Source of the DNA: Octopus vulgaris
Taxonomy: Eukaryota
Reading direction: 5' to 3'
DNA: 64,000 bases
Assembly (NCBI GenBank): GCA_951406725.2
Contig: OX597820.1
Location: 51,212,001 to 51,276,000 of the forward strand
In this document: positions 25,575-39,110 of the stretch, in pieces
Layout: each line of letters opens with the position of its first letter
Position numbering within the stretch: position 1 is the first letter of the stretch
Position numbers and translations under genes: made by a program
Notes under the pieces: generated by a model
Told to the model about the DNA's origin: nothing
Database searches by the model: none
Seen by the model: only the letters and a program-made list of their open reading frames with translations

Positions 25575-25901
25575 AAACGGTACTCCGTCGATTACGACGA
25601 AGATTTTCTTGTTTATCTGATCAATAAAACAGTCTGATCTTCAAAGTAAAGCGCACGTGGTTGAGTACTCCACAGATATGCATAACATAACATACTTCAC
25701 AGGGAAATTCAGCCTCTCACAGAATGCGAAAAGTCTGGCCGCTTTGACTTACGGCTACAATTCATTTTTGCCAGTTGAGTGGACTGCAGGAATGTGAAGT
25801 AGAGTACATTGCTCAAGGGCACAGCGCGCCACCGGGAATTGTACTTATGACTTTACAATCGTTGGCCGAATACCCATAACCACTGAGCCACGCACCTTCA
25901 C
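25575..25901 (-). mobile_element. tRNA-derived SINE
   Basis: The minus-strand head GTGAAGGTGCGTGGCTCAGTGGTTATGGGTATTCGGC...GTACAATTCCCGG has A-box-like and B-box-like motifs. Confidence 0.7.
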
Positions 25902-26758
25902 TCTCTTAACCGTAGAGAAAAGGAGTGAAGCGATAGAGATAGAGAAAGGAAAGCCTCAGTTATTTAAAATGACAATTACTCTGAAATAGATCGATCTTTT
26001 CTAGCTTCTTGATTTTTAACGATGAAAAAGAGGGGAAGACATTTAGTAATAAAGAGAGGAAAAGCCTTTTCAGGCGTCTACGTTTTCATTCTGAGAGTTC
26101 TAGAAGGATAGAATGGTAGTTCTCTCTACTTTCCCGCACCCGCGGTACTTATTCGCCGTTTATCAGGCGGGAAGACCATGTATTTCTAACTTTGGGACTA
26201 CAATCTACAAACAAGCCCACCCTCCCTTCTTTTTTTCATAGAAAATCTAATGCAAATTTCGAATAGGTTATAGCTGTTCAACGAGTTTTAGAAAAATGTG
26301 TAATACACCCTACAACATGGTTGCGGGAGAAATATTGCCAAAAGGTGGCTGAAAGAATAAGCACCAGGCTGCCAGTGAATAATTGCCGGGCTCGATTTCT
26401 TCGATTAAAGTGCGGTGCTCCCAGAGTCAAAAGAAAGAAACAATAAAAGAATAGCAGAAGAATGTTGCGCACAACGAAACAAGAAGTTTCTTTGAATAGG
26501 TACGATGCATTTAAGGCTAAATAGTAATTATGTTTACGTTTGCGTAACAGATATTTAGGTTGGATTATATAGTTATCGGTCTTGCATTACTTTCTATATT
26601 CTGGTAGTGTCACAAAATAGAAATATTTCTCATGGCACCAGCACGCAATTTAAAGTTACTGACAATGTTTTCTTGTTTTCTGTCAAGTTTCCACTGGTCC
26701 AGCTACAAAATATTATTGTGATACATTACTGTACTGTTATTATTATACTATGACCCTT

Positions 26759-26812
<54 letters not shown>

Positions 26813-27725
26813 TGACTAAAATTCACTGTACTTACGCTACTGCTATACTTGCAAACTTCATTGTATCGAATATAGGTATCGTCTTTATTGAACATATTTC
26901 ACCATATTTTACGTTTCGCTAATTTGGATTTCATGTAAGGAATTCAATAAAGTACTCTTATCCTGTTTTTAGAATATATTTACCATGGAAGACTTCAAGA
27001 AATTGAATTAATACTAGATTTAATTACTTTAGTGCTTGTCCGGGAGAAAATTTAAGGCTGCGTTTTGTGCTTGTATTTAATTTGTATTTAATTTTCGATC
27101 GTAGAACAGTGAAGTCTAGACTTCATTCTCTTATAAACTGCTAAGCTTAATAGTATTTGTCACAAGACAGACCATCGTATCAATATATTTGACTTCCTAG
27201 AAGAGAAAATCGAGTTAATTTCTAAATCACAATCTATTGCCTTTATAAAAGGAGATAAATATGGCCAAAAATGTCTGAAAAATAAAATAGAGGGAAGGTA
27301 CATGATTAGGATTCCATGTGCAAGATTAAACAAGAATGTGGTTGCACGGGAAAAACAACAAATTGCTAAATGTAATGTGTCAAGTGAGACGGAAATTAAG
27401 ATATTTATTAACACACCACAGTATTTATTCAGTGGAAGACTACATCAACTTGTTTATTTCAACGCATATATTTCGCATTAAGCCCACAATACCAAAACAT
27501 GTAAATTAAAAAGAAATCAATACGTTAACATTTGGTATTTCATCTTAAGAGATGAAGTATTCATGTTGCTAATTATATGGAGAATTCAACGCAAGTGACT
27601 ACACAGTAGCTCGTGTATTGGCTGAGCATAGAACGTGGGTGAGAGATGTTTTGTGGATGCGTTGCCCTTGAATTTGAAGTAGATATATTTTTCTTTCATC
27701 CTTTATCGTTTATCTTCCAGATGCA

Positions 27726-28240
27726 TCATTTATTAGACTGCGGCCATACTGGGTCACAACATTGAATTTTTTTTAGCCGAATGAAACGACTGCAGTACTC
27801 AGTTTTATATCCTGGAGCATGTTCTATCGGACAGTTTTGCCGAAACGCTAGATCGCTGGGATGGAAACGCACCGGAGGTAGGTGACAATCAGTAGTGGTG
27901 GACAAATACAGACACAAGAACACACACACATATAAACACACGCAAACACACATTTGAGGATGCGGGGCCTGATGGTTAGTGTGTTGCACTCATGATCGCA
28001 AGAGCATGGTTTCAATTCCTAGACATCTTGGAACATTGTGTTCTTGATCAAGAAATTTCATCTGCAATCACTTCGACACTTGCCGCGTGGTACACAGTCC
28101 ACCTGTTCGGACAACGTCTATTTGATGGAGAGAGTCAGCTACTGGGCGGTACGAAAATTTGATCACCTTAATCAAATCACGTGTGCAGGTTTTTCGGCAA
28201 CACCTGAATACTCATACGTCTTCTTCAACGGGAGAGTCCA
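27726..28240. mobile_element. Adjacent SINE pieces (27726-27920 fragment; 27956-28240 plus-strand tRNA-headed SINE)
   Basis: GGCCTGATGGTTAGTGTGTTGCACTCATGATCGCAAG..GGTTTCAATTCCT is a tRNA-like head. The 27726 piece resembles 52200-52380. Confidence 0.55.
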
Positions 28241-28241
28241 T

Positions 28242-28284
<43 letters not shown>

Positions 28285-28302
28285 TATATATATACATATA
28301 TA

Positions 28303-28467
28303 TGAAGGGCTTCTTACAGAATCTGTTTTCCAGATCCACTCAAAAATGTTTGGTCGCTCCGTGGCTATAATAAAAAAAAAAAACACTTGCCGAAGCTTCA
28401 CTGCAGTGGGACTGAACTGGGAGCCATGTGGTTGGCAAGCAAAACTGCTATCACACATCCATTCTAA
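28303..28467 (-). mobile_element. SINE 5' part
   Basis: Similar to 52492-52610 and 44120-44280 (CAGTGGGACTGA..CCATGTGGTTG). Confidence 0.55.
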
Positions 28468-29085
28468 CGTGATTGCTCAGTTTTAAATTTCAATGAATAG
28501 ATGTGTAAACACTTTGTCATTTACAAGAAAATATCATTATCTCTTAAACGGATTGTAAATACATATTATATGTATGATAGTTGGGAGTATTTTACAGTGT
28601 TCTTAGTGGCATCAGTGTGTGGTATTGGATTTACTAACATGCTCCAAGCTGTTTGAATAAACTGATGGATATAGTGTATTTTGTTTCATTTTTAATGATT
28701 GGAAGTTCATTGTAGTCGCAACTATCATCACTACAATGGTACGTTGTTGGAAAATATAATTAGAATCTGCTGCACATTTCCACCGAAAACTAACGTACAT
28801 TTGTCGGATTTGCTGCAGGAGAAAGCCAAGTGTAAGTAGACTAACATGTATATTATTTCCAGTGCCGTGATTAAATCATCTCAGACAAGAATACCTACTG
28901 CTTTAAATCATGCAACGCTGACAGGGCACGAAGTAAATCCTATTTTCCAACAAAAGTTTAGCGTCTGATCACCTCCCTTTTTAACACTTTCTCTCCTCTC
29001 GCTATAAATATATATATATATACACATATATATCTACACATGCACACACACACACAAATATATATATATGTGTGTGTGTGTGTGT

Positions 29086-29134
<49 letters not shown>

Positions 29135-29185
29135 AAGAAAGAAAGAGGGAGGAAGGGAGAGAGAAAGAAAGAAAGGTAGTTAGAT

Positions 29186-29228
<43 letters not shown>

Positions 29229-29283
29229 CATCCATACATACAAACAACTAAATGAGTACATGGTTCTATATATGTTCTTCTCT

Positions 29284-29296
29284 AACTACTACAACA

Positions 29297-29376
<80 letters not shown>

Positions 29377-29400
29377 CACTACAAATAATAATAATAATAG
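29284..29400. repeat. (TAC)n/(TAA)n microsatellite
   Basis: Directly visible. Confidence 0.95.
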
Positions 29401-30096
29401 CAACAGCAACAAAATCAGCACCAATAATAGTATAACCAAATATACTCTGCCTAAAACTTGAGGCGTTTTGGCATTACTAAATATGATTATTCCCTGATTA
29501 CTAAGAACGCTAGACTCTCTGTAATCCCCGAACTCGTAATGAGATCAAGGAAATGTGTAATGGCTTTCTCCATTTAATTTGATGACAACGTCTGATAAAG
29601 TAATTCTACTTTTGTTCTTTTTCTTCCGCTTTCAGCAGCAAATTTTGAAAAGATATTACTTTCAACTTGAGTATGTAGCATTATGTTTTCTTCGTGTAAT
29701 CCCAATTGTACATTTTTACCTTTATGTTTACCTTATATAAATCACTACTATACGTACCTAGCAATACAATTAACCTGGCTTACGTCTGTCCATTAATGGT
29801 AGAATTATTTCACAAAATGTTATATATGCCCATAATACATTCGTAGTTAATGCCTCTCTGAACAATTTGATAATGATATATCAATATAAGGAATAAAAGA
29901 AGAATAGAGATCTTAGCACCAGCTTGTTTCAAAGATTCTAATTGAACCAACGTGACTCTAGAACAATGTGGAATGTATTGTATGTAGGAAAATCACATAC
30001 TCCGACTACAGTATTCAATATTACGACATGCAATACGTTTCATTCAATAACAAACACTTGGAATAAATATTAATTAATACCTGTGACGTGAAAAAA

Positions 30097-30312
30097 GACG
30101 GTGAACTGGCGGAATTGTTAGCACTCCGGCAAAAAGCTTCGCGGTTTTTGTTCGTCCTTACGTTTTGATTTCAAATTCGGACGATGTCAATTTTGCCTTT
30201 GATCTCTTTTGGAGTAGAGAAAATAACTACCAGTTTAACACTGCGGTCGACCTTAATCGAGTTCCTTTCTCCCCTGAAATTTCTGGTCTTGTATCAAAAT
30301 TTCAAACCAGTA
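30097..30312 (+). mobile_element. SINE
   Basis: GACGGTGAACTGGCGGAATTGTTAGCAC...TTCAAATTC. The body is shared with 55653-55745. Confidence 0.6.
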
Positions 30313-30780
30313 TTTCCCACATGAAGTAAAAACTTAGAATAAACTACTGTAGCATTCGTGTGTGTGCGTGGTGTCCCTGTGTGTATATTTAAGGACGCTG
30401 TTGAACCGTGGAATTAAATCATTCAGTGGAATATAAAAGGAAATAACAGAAATGGCTCTTCTTTGAGCGTGTTTATCAGATGCTGCAACGTCTGATCGTG
30501 CAAACCTCAGGTAGATAGGTCTAAAATGATCTAAATATACCCGCAGCTGAATCCATACAGGTAATGAACGGAGTCTCTCACCACTGGCTTCTTTGCGTGA
30601 GTATTTACATTACATTTAATACTGCAATTGCCTCCCTTGGTGTACATGCATAGACCATTGACAAAATGAATCTTCTCAATCCTCGTGAGAAGAGTACAAT
30701 TATGCTAAAGCTTATATCACAAACATTACACTGCCGAGCTCGTAACAACCAACCGTAGTTGCTGTCGTTATTATTGTTAA

Positions 30781-30913
<133 letters not shown>

Positions 30914-31212
30914 TTGCTACAATTACTCGCCAAGATACACCTTGCGTCCAAGGGCGAGTGAAGGATATCAGATGTTACGTTATAACTCAAAACCTGGGGA
31001 GGCGGAAAGTGGCAGGGGTAGTAGCGAATTATCTTCATGTAATGCAACATATACATTTAAATTCATAGGTTTTCTAAGGATGTGTACAGTAGTAGTCAGC
31101 ACAATCTTTTGGATTTCCCTGAGACATCATTCTCCTGGGATAATATCTACATGTTTCTGACATCCCTTTCTTAACATAACTCGGGCACCTATTATTATTA
31201 TTACTATTATTA

Positions 31213-32362
31213 TTCAGTAGTTTTATTTTTATAGCGTGCTTTCACTTCACTACCGAGCGCAGCTCTGTGTGCCTTGGGTATGTGCTGTGATTTGTTGTGA
31301 TGCTCTGATGGTTATTGTATGGAAAGTGTTCTGCGTAGGATGTGGGCAGTGCCTAGTAGTGCAATTTTCTGTATGTTATATGTGTTTGTAAGTCCTGGTG
31401 TTTTTGTTATGTATTTGTCTGAATATTTTTTTATCATGCCTAATGCACCTACTATGATAGGAATTGTTTCTGTTTTCAGATTCCACATTCTAGTTACCTC
31501 TATTTCCAGGTCTTTGTATTTTGAGAGTTTCTCCATTTCTTTTAGAGACACGTTGTCATCTGCCGGTATTGATACATCAATTAAAAAGCATTTTTTTCTT
31601 CATGATCTCTGACAACTATATCTGGTCTGTTGGCCTTAATTTCTCTATCTGTGTGTATCGGCATATCCCAGAGTATGGTTGCTTTCTCGTTTTCTGTGAC
31701 CTTTTCTGGTGTGTGCCTATACCATCTTTTTTCTGTTGTTATTCCATAATGTTGGCATAGCTTCCAATGTATGTAGGTTCCAACTCTGTCATGTCTGTGA
31801 ATATATTCCTTCTTAGCCAGGACTGGGCAGCTAGAGATAATATGATTTATTGTTTCTTGTCCATCTCCACATATTCTGCAGTTACTTGTAATATTTCTTT
31901 TCATTACATGTTTTTGGTAATTTCTGGTGGGGAGGCTTTGGTCTTGTGCTGCAATTAAACATCCCTGTTTCTGCTTTGAGTCCTGAGCTTCTCAACCATT
32001 GCTGGGATTTTTCTTTGTCTATTTCTTTTGCGTTTAGTTTAGTGCAGTATTTACCATGAAGGGGCTTTTCTTGCCATCGTTTTATCATGGTTCGTTGCTG
32101 TTCTGTTTTTAGTTTGGATTTCATTTGTTTTATAGCTTTTGTTGTTTCTTCATCTTCTTCTTCTTCTTCTTTATGTTTATTAGGTGGTATGATTTCTTGT
32201 TTGTATTTGTCAGCTTCCTTAAATACTGAGAACAGTTTTTTGTTTTGCTCGTGTTTTGCCGCTATCTGGATCAGTTTTCCTTCCTTCTGAAGTAGATATT
32301 TTTGCAGTCCTATGGTGGTTATTTTATAGTAGTTTTCCAGCTGTATAAGGCCTCTACCACCT
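31213..32362 (-). mobile_element. 5'-truncated R4/Dong-like non-LTR retrotransposon (RLE type), family 1
   Basis: W..KPLHG, LKAET, zinc knuckle CRICG..ETINHIISSC, RHD, and RLE motif RPDIVV..LIDVSIP..EKLSKY. Both ends lie in (TAA)n. Confidence 0.88.
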
Positions 32363-32369
32363 CTACTAC

Positions 32370-32434
<65 letters not shown>

Positions 32435-32442
32435 TTATTATT

Positions 32443-32752
32443 CAGTAGTTTTATTTTTATTTTTATAGCGTGCTTTCACTTCACTACCGAGCACAGCTCT
32501 GTGTGCCTTGGGTATGTGCTGTGATTTGTTGTGATGCTCTGATGGTTATTGTATGGAAAGTGTTCTGCGTAGGATGTGTGCAGTGCCCAGTAGTGCAATT
32601 TTCTGTATGTTATATGTGTTTGTAAGTCCTGGTGTTTTTGTTATGTATTTGTCTGAATATTTTTTTATCATGCCTAATGCACCTACTATGATAGGAATTG
32701 TTTCTGTTTTCAGATTCCACATTCTAGTTACCTCTATTTCCAGGTCTTTGTA
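32443..32752 (-). mobile_element. R4/Dong-like 3' fragment, family 1
   Basis: Near-identical to 31215-31522 and flanked by (TAA)n. Confidence 0.88.
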
Positions 32753-32774
32753 TTTTTATTATTATTATTATTAT

Positions 32775-33101
32775 TCTATGTTTGACGTTTGCTTTACATT
32801 TGCACAAGCTGGCTCCAAGTCTCACCCAAAGACCTCAAGAGACAACAAGTTGGAAGATCATGTTGGTGTTATGCCTAGGGTGCCATATATTTGGTTTTGT
32901 ACTTATTGTTCTACTAGTGAATGCCTAAAGAATCATACGAAAATTATGTTTGTTTTAAAACTTGAGACTACAAAGAAAGTATTTTGCGTAGGATATGAGC
33001 AGTTCCCATGAGCACTATCTTTTGAATTTCTGCAATTTTGGGGTTTCCTGGTATCTCAGTTAGGTAGCAATCAGCCCCTTTTGCTATCATTCCCAGGGCC
33101 C
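32775..33101 (-). mobile_element. R4/Dong-like 3' fragment, family 2
   Basis: Homologous to 33316-33632 and flanked by (TAA)n. Confidence 0.8.
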
Positions 33102-33315
<214 letters not shown>

Positions 33316-33316
<1 letters not shown>

Positions 33317-34045
33317 TTTTGACTTTTGCTTTATATTTGTACAAGTTTGCTCCAAGTCTCACCCAGAGACCTCAAGTGACAACAGGTTGAAATTTTGTGT
33401 CGTTGTTATGCCTAGTGTGCCATATATTTGGTTTTGTATTTAGTGTTGTACTAGTGAATGTCTAAAATAAAACAAAATTATGTTTGTTTTAAAACTTGAG
33501 ATTACATAGAAAGTATTTTGCGTAGGATATAAGCAGTTGCCATGAGCACTATGTTTTGAATTTCTGCAATTTTGGGGTTTCCTGGTATCTGAGTTTGGTA
33601 GCAATCAACCCCTTTTGCTATCATTCCCAGGGCACCTATGACAACATGTATTGTTTTAGTCTTCACGTTCCACATTTTGCTGATTTCTATTTCAAGATCT
33701 TTATATTTGCTCAGTTTTTGGTAGGTCTTGACAGATACGTGTATATCGATTGGGACAGTCATATCAATGAGGAGGCATGTTCTTTGTTTGAAGTCTTTCA
33801 ATATGATGTCTGGCCTATTTGTATCTTACTGTCAGTTTGGATGGAGAGGTTCCAGAGGAATGAGATGTGGACATTTTGAAGCACTGGAGGTGGTTTGTGT
33901 TCCCACCAGTTTTTTTCATGGGGCAAATCCAGATTTTTGCAGATTACCCAGTGGATATATTGTGCAGCTCTATCATGCCTGTTGAGATACACTGTAGGCG
34001 CTAGAAGACTGCACTTGGAGACAACATGATCAATGGTTTCATTTT
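33316..34045 (-). mobile_element. R4/Dong-like 3' fragment, family 2
   Basis: ETIDHVVS, YLNRHD..YIHW, and LLIDMTVP..KLSKYKDLEIE..VVIGALG. Confidence 0.85.
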
Positions 34046-34092
34046 ATTGTTGTTATTATTATTATTATTGTTGTTGTTGTTGTTGTTGTTGT

Positions 34093-36300
34093 TTCCCTTC
34101 TCTCAGAAAATTCAGTCTTTTTGTGCTGGTAGTTTCTGCGGGAGCGAACAGCAGCCTGCTGTCAGAGGACTCACAGGGTCTCTTTCTGCAACACTATAAG
34201 CTTTGATACTTGGCTTATAATTATATTGGGATTTCGATCTCAAAATCCTAGATGTCCCCAGCAACGCACTATTTTGAGCTAACTTTGTTCTCATGTCAAA
34301 TCCGATTTCGCTGACATATTTAACTAACTTGGTTATTAGTGCTCCGATTGCCCCTACAATTACTCTAACGAAAAGCACTCCCGTCATAGTCCACATTCTT
34401 GCAATTTTGTCTTTTAGTAGCAAGTAATTTTCAATCTTTTCTAGTTCTTTGTCACTTATACGTGCATCTCCAGGTGTTGCAATATCTAAAATCATGGTTC
34501 CCTTTTTTCCCAATCTGCCAAACTTCGTTTATGGAGTTACATCGGATAGTAAAATCCCACAGTATCTTATGTTCCTTGTTCTCGGTGACTGGTTCATGCT
34601 CGTACCATTTCCGTACTCTGTTCGGGACGTACTTTATATATAGCGTCCAGTGCACTAACTTAGCCCCGTTATCGTGCCTCATTTTGTTCTGCATTTGGCC
34701 CGGCTTGCTACACCCACAATATGTGAGGTTGTTTTGTTTCTTTTGTCACACATCCTACAAAGGTGTAATTCGCTACTCGTATGTATTTGGAACTTGATGT
34801 ATATAATTCTCAGAGATTGTTCCTAGGTACTGCATATCATTCCCTCAGTGCATCCTTTCAGATCACTTTTTCTTAGGCATCTCCGAGAGTTGACCTTGTC
34901 TTTTCCTTCGATTTCTCTGAGGTTTTGCCCATGCAGTGTTTTCATTTCCATGTTGTTTAGTCTTTCTTCTTCAAACTTTTTCTTAAAGGTTTCTGAGTGC
35001 ATCACAATTTCGGTGAATATTGTATTGTGAATTCTAACAATCGCAAGAGATCTTGCATCCTATGAGACCTCTTTCTCCCCTGTTTCTAGGTACATACAGT
35101 ATTTTGCTATCACTTTTGGGGTGTAGTTCCTAGTTAATCGTCATCACATTTCTAGTTTTCTTGTCCATTTTCTCAAGCCCGTTCTTTGTCCACCTAACAA
35201 CACCAGCGTGGTATCGCATTAAGGTACAGCTCATGTGTTCATTGCTCTGAACTTGTTTTTCCATTGAGTCTACCTTCCAAAATTAACTTGGTTCGTCTGA
35301 GATATTTTCGCCTAAAGCTTTCCTTCATTTCACTTTCCTTGATTTTGTCGTATTCCAAAATACACTATTTATATCTAGTTGTCAGAATATCCTTCATTTT
35401 CTCGCTGTTGGGTAGCTCTACACCATCAGTCGGTTCTACTTTGTCACTTTGTATTATAAGTATACCACAACTTTTAGTCCCAAATTTCATTCCTGACTGA
35501 AAATCTAAACTGCTGAAACTATGTCATTTATTTCACATTCGGTCTTTCCAAATATCTCTAAGTCATTCAGATATGACAGATGTTTTAATTTTCCTCCACT
35601 TTCCAAGGTGTGCCCTGATGTCACTTTCTGTAGTATCAGTGTGAGGGGTTACCATACAAATCACAAACAGCAACGGTGATAGTATGTCTCCTTGAAATGT
35701 GCCTCTCTCGATGTTAACCTTCACCAATAATTTTCCACATGAAGTTAACATTGAATCCAGTTTTTCATTGATCTAATAAAATTTGATATGTTACCAGACA
35801 CCTATAGTTGCTCAAGACTGCTGAAATCCAGAAATGGGAGACTATGTCACGCTTTCTCATAATCAATCCACGCTATGCGCAGATGAGAAAGTATTTTCTT
35901 GCATCGTTCAGTATCATTCTGCCTATCAGAAGTTAGTCTTTTGTCCCTCGGCTTTTCTTTATGCACCCTTTCTGTTCCACTGGCAATTTGTTATTCATTT
36001 CCAAGAAGTTATATATATAATTCGATATTATTATTCTCGTCCTCCTCCACATCAGGGGCCGATAGGTGATAGGCCGGTAATTATTCACTGCATTGCCTTT
36101 GCTGGGATCCTTTTGGCAAAGAATTATTTTACCTGTGGTCAGCCTCATTGGGATCTGTACGCCGTTGTTGATCATTCTTTTCATTTTAATGTCTATTTTC
36201 TGTGTACTGCTGGCAAAGTTTACAAGCCAATATCCTTGTACACCATACGGTTTTGGGAAGTTCCAGTTTGGGATATTGTTGTCTGTTCGGTTACTGTTGC
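34093..36300 (-). mobile_element. Degraded R4/Dong-like LINE, family 3 (RT + RLE remnants)
   Basis: NYRPIT..EQKGC....GTKD, RGTFQGDILSPLLF, LHGQ..LKGCTEGMI, RHD, and LDIATP..KELEK..Y. Many stops and frameshifts. Confidence 0.85.
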
Positions 36301-36316
36301 AGGGAATTAATAATAA

Positions 36317-36957
36317 TGTTACACCGCTCCCTCGTGACGAATGGAATAACCTAATTACTATAACTAAAGAGAAGTACGTGAAGTACCAGAGTACATAGTG
36401 GGAAGTCAAATATAGTTGTGTTTTTACTGGTTTTACTAAGTATATTGTATACCAATGTGGGCGCTATAACAATCCATCATAATAAGAATTATAACTGCGG
36501 TGACAAGGATTTAAACATCTCACAAGAAATTAATAAACTCGACCAGGATTTTAACAATTCACGAGGAGTTAACAAACTCACAAAAGATTTTTCACGTGCC
36601 AATCTTACAAAAACATCGTAAAATTATGAAATATATGTTGGCCGATTTGCTCGAGTCGCAAAAACAGCAACAATAACAACAACTGACTGAACAACAAAAA
36701 CGGTAGCTACAACTGTAAGAACAAGAGCAAGAACAACACCAACAACTGAAAGAACAACGACGGCAACAACAAATACTATTACAGCAACAAATACCGCAAT
36801 TAATAAAGTCGTCAGGAAATTCAGAAAAAAGTGTTCTCACCAGACTATATCGCCATCTCCTTAACAGCGTTCAAATACGAAACTGACAGAGGAGTTGCCT
36901 TCGAAGCATACGATAGAAGATATGAGCAAATCTTGAAGCAAGAAAGTAAAAATTGTG
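36317..36957 (+). mobile_element. Gypsy-like LTR retrotransposon 5' remnant (LTR, PBS-like site, gag N-terminus)
   Basis: Starts with TGTTA. A TG(C)GGTGAC PBS-like site lies at ~36496. A Gln-rich segment is followed by FKYETDRGVAFEAYDRRYE, resembling the gag motif F.Y....G.TF..W..RYE. Confidence 0.5.
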
Positions 36958-38390
36958 ACGGCCAAGGAATCTGAACTCAGATCGTAATATTTTTGTTTAT
37001 ACTTTAAAAATCTATAGAGAGAGCCAATACCCCTGATGTTTGCGGGCCCTTCTAGACAGATGACCCTAAATATATAACGGGAAGCAATTATCTATTAAAT
37101 ATATAATATAAAGTTAGGCAAATCGCACATATTTTGGCCCCTTAAGATATACTGCTCAAAAAGTAACCAATACTGTATATCAAAGGCATATAACAACAAA
37201 TGCTTACTAGACTATTTTCACCGAATTATTTCGCTTTCCAGTATACGTAAAAATCTAGCATGAATGTGAGATAATTTGAGCAACGGGTGGTTGCACTTAT
37301 TTTTCAGACCATTTTAGCTATTTCTCATACAATATTGCCGCTACCCAGGGGAACTGTTTTCAGCGAAGATAATTACTTTGTGAAACTAATAACATTTCGT
37401 CAGCAGTAATAGGTATAAAATAGTTTAAGGGAGAAGGGTTTTATTTCGTAGAAAACTAAGTAGAAGTGAATGACAGCTAAACGAATATAGCATATTTTTC
37501 CTTAACAACTCCTGTGTTAAATGGCCATATATGTATTGTCACTGTCACCAAACTCTCATGTAAGCACACACGCTGACACACACATACACACACACACACA
37601 GGCACACACACACACGTACATAGGTAGTAGACAAATAGCATGTATAAAAAAGCAATGCATGAATTTACTGATATAAATTTCGTGATGAAAGTAATAATGT
37701 AAGTATACAGTTTCCATAAAAATAACTCCACACACATAGAATATAAAATAGAATAAGTTAAAAATGATTCCTGTCGTAGCATTAAGTCGACACAGGTTGA
37801 AGGACCAACACAAACAACGAAGCATCTCCAGCAGAGGATTGATGGTTATTTTATTGACACGGAAGGAGAAAATGAATAGTTGACAACACTTGAACGCAAA
37901 TCGTAAATATATGGTTTTAAGCAGAACTAGCATACTTATTATTACGCGCCTACGCCCATTCTGCTTTTTGCAAGTCGTAAGTTTAACAGATGATTGGATA
38001 TATAATTGATATCATGTTATGGAAGCTGAAGGAAACCTCAAAGGAATTTGAACTCAGATCTTAAACGGACGTAAAAATTCCTTTATACTGTATGGATCTA
38101 GAGGTCGGGATAATACCCATGATGCTTGCAGGCTCTCCTAGACAGCTAAAACAGATAAGCTTGATGACATGACTCTCCTCTTAATCATCTGTAAATTAAC
38201 TCTTGCGCGAAATATATGAGCAGGTAAGGAAACCTTGAATGCCGATGATCTGTGAAGGAAGGAACAAGTGTAATTATTTATGTAGGTGCAATGCCAGAAC
38301 ACACGGATATGACGACGGTAGATTAGTTGAGCAGGAGCGTCTGAGTTTAGTTGCCATTAGCACGGAATGATCAAATGAGTAGATACAATT

Positions 38391-39110
38391 ATGAGAGATA
38401 GTACACTCGGGGATATGAGGCTTGTGTTCCTGAGCGCTCGCTTATGCCATGCACACTACATTATTCCCTATTTTAATAATGAAATCACGCCGAAGGAAAT
38501 AAAATTTAAAATCCTACAAACACTTGCTGAAATCAAACACTCGCTGATTGTATCTAGGTTAACTGACAATGTTCAGAAAATACCCATCCATCAAAGAACG
38601 ACCATATATATTTATGCAGACTTCCCTTGCCCGAGAAATACAGAGTCAGATGCAGTACAGATAAAAAATATGGTTGGAATACTACAGCTTAAAGACATTA
38701 TGTCAAAATTTCTGTCTGAATTCACATTTAATGTCAGAAGATTCCTTTGAAATTGCTTCAAGTTCATTTTTGATCTTTTGTAATAACTGATCAGGTTTGC
38801 AAAAATATCTTTATTCATAGCTATGTATGTAGTATCGTTGACGTCGATATACCTCCTGAAATACTGTAAGAGGATCGGATTTCTGTGGATAAGGGACCTG
38901 GTGAGATACTTGGGATCGTCGGACACAATGTAGATGATGAGAAGAAATAAGAGTGTGTGGTGGGAAATGCTTGAGTGGATGTAAACCGTGTTCAACCTGC
39001 TCTGCGAAGCAAAGACAATAGTAAAAGCGGAAAACGCAGAGGGGGAAGACATCACCACATTATACAATTTGTTGACGCGAGCTTATGCTAATCTGTCGAT
39101 TGGCCTTTAG
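38391..39110 (+). pseudogene. Possible degraded Gypsy gag/pol remnant
   Basis: NNEITPKEIKFKIL..RLTDNVQKIP..RNTESDAVQIKNM...LKD..SKFLSEF resembles a Gypsy gag N-terminal region by eye only. Stops follow downstream. Confidence 0.35.

Noticed and set aside
25800-25901. tRNA genes here and at 47790-47866 and 63165-63226
   Set aside because: They have tRNA-like A/B boxes but no complete cloverleaf, and they are attached to repeat bodies, so they are SINE heads.
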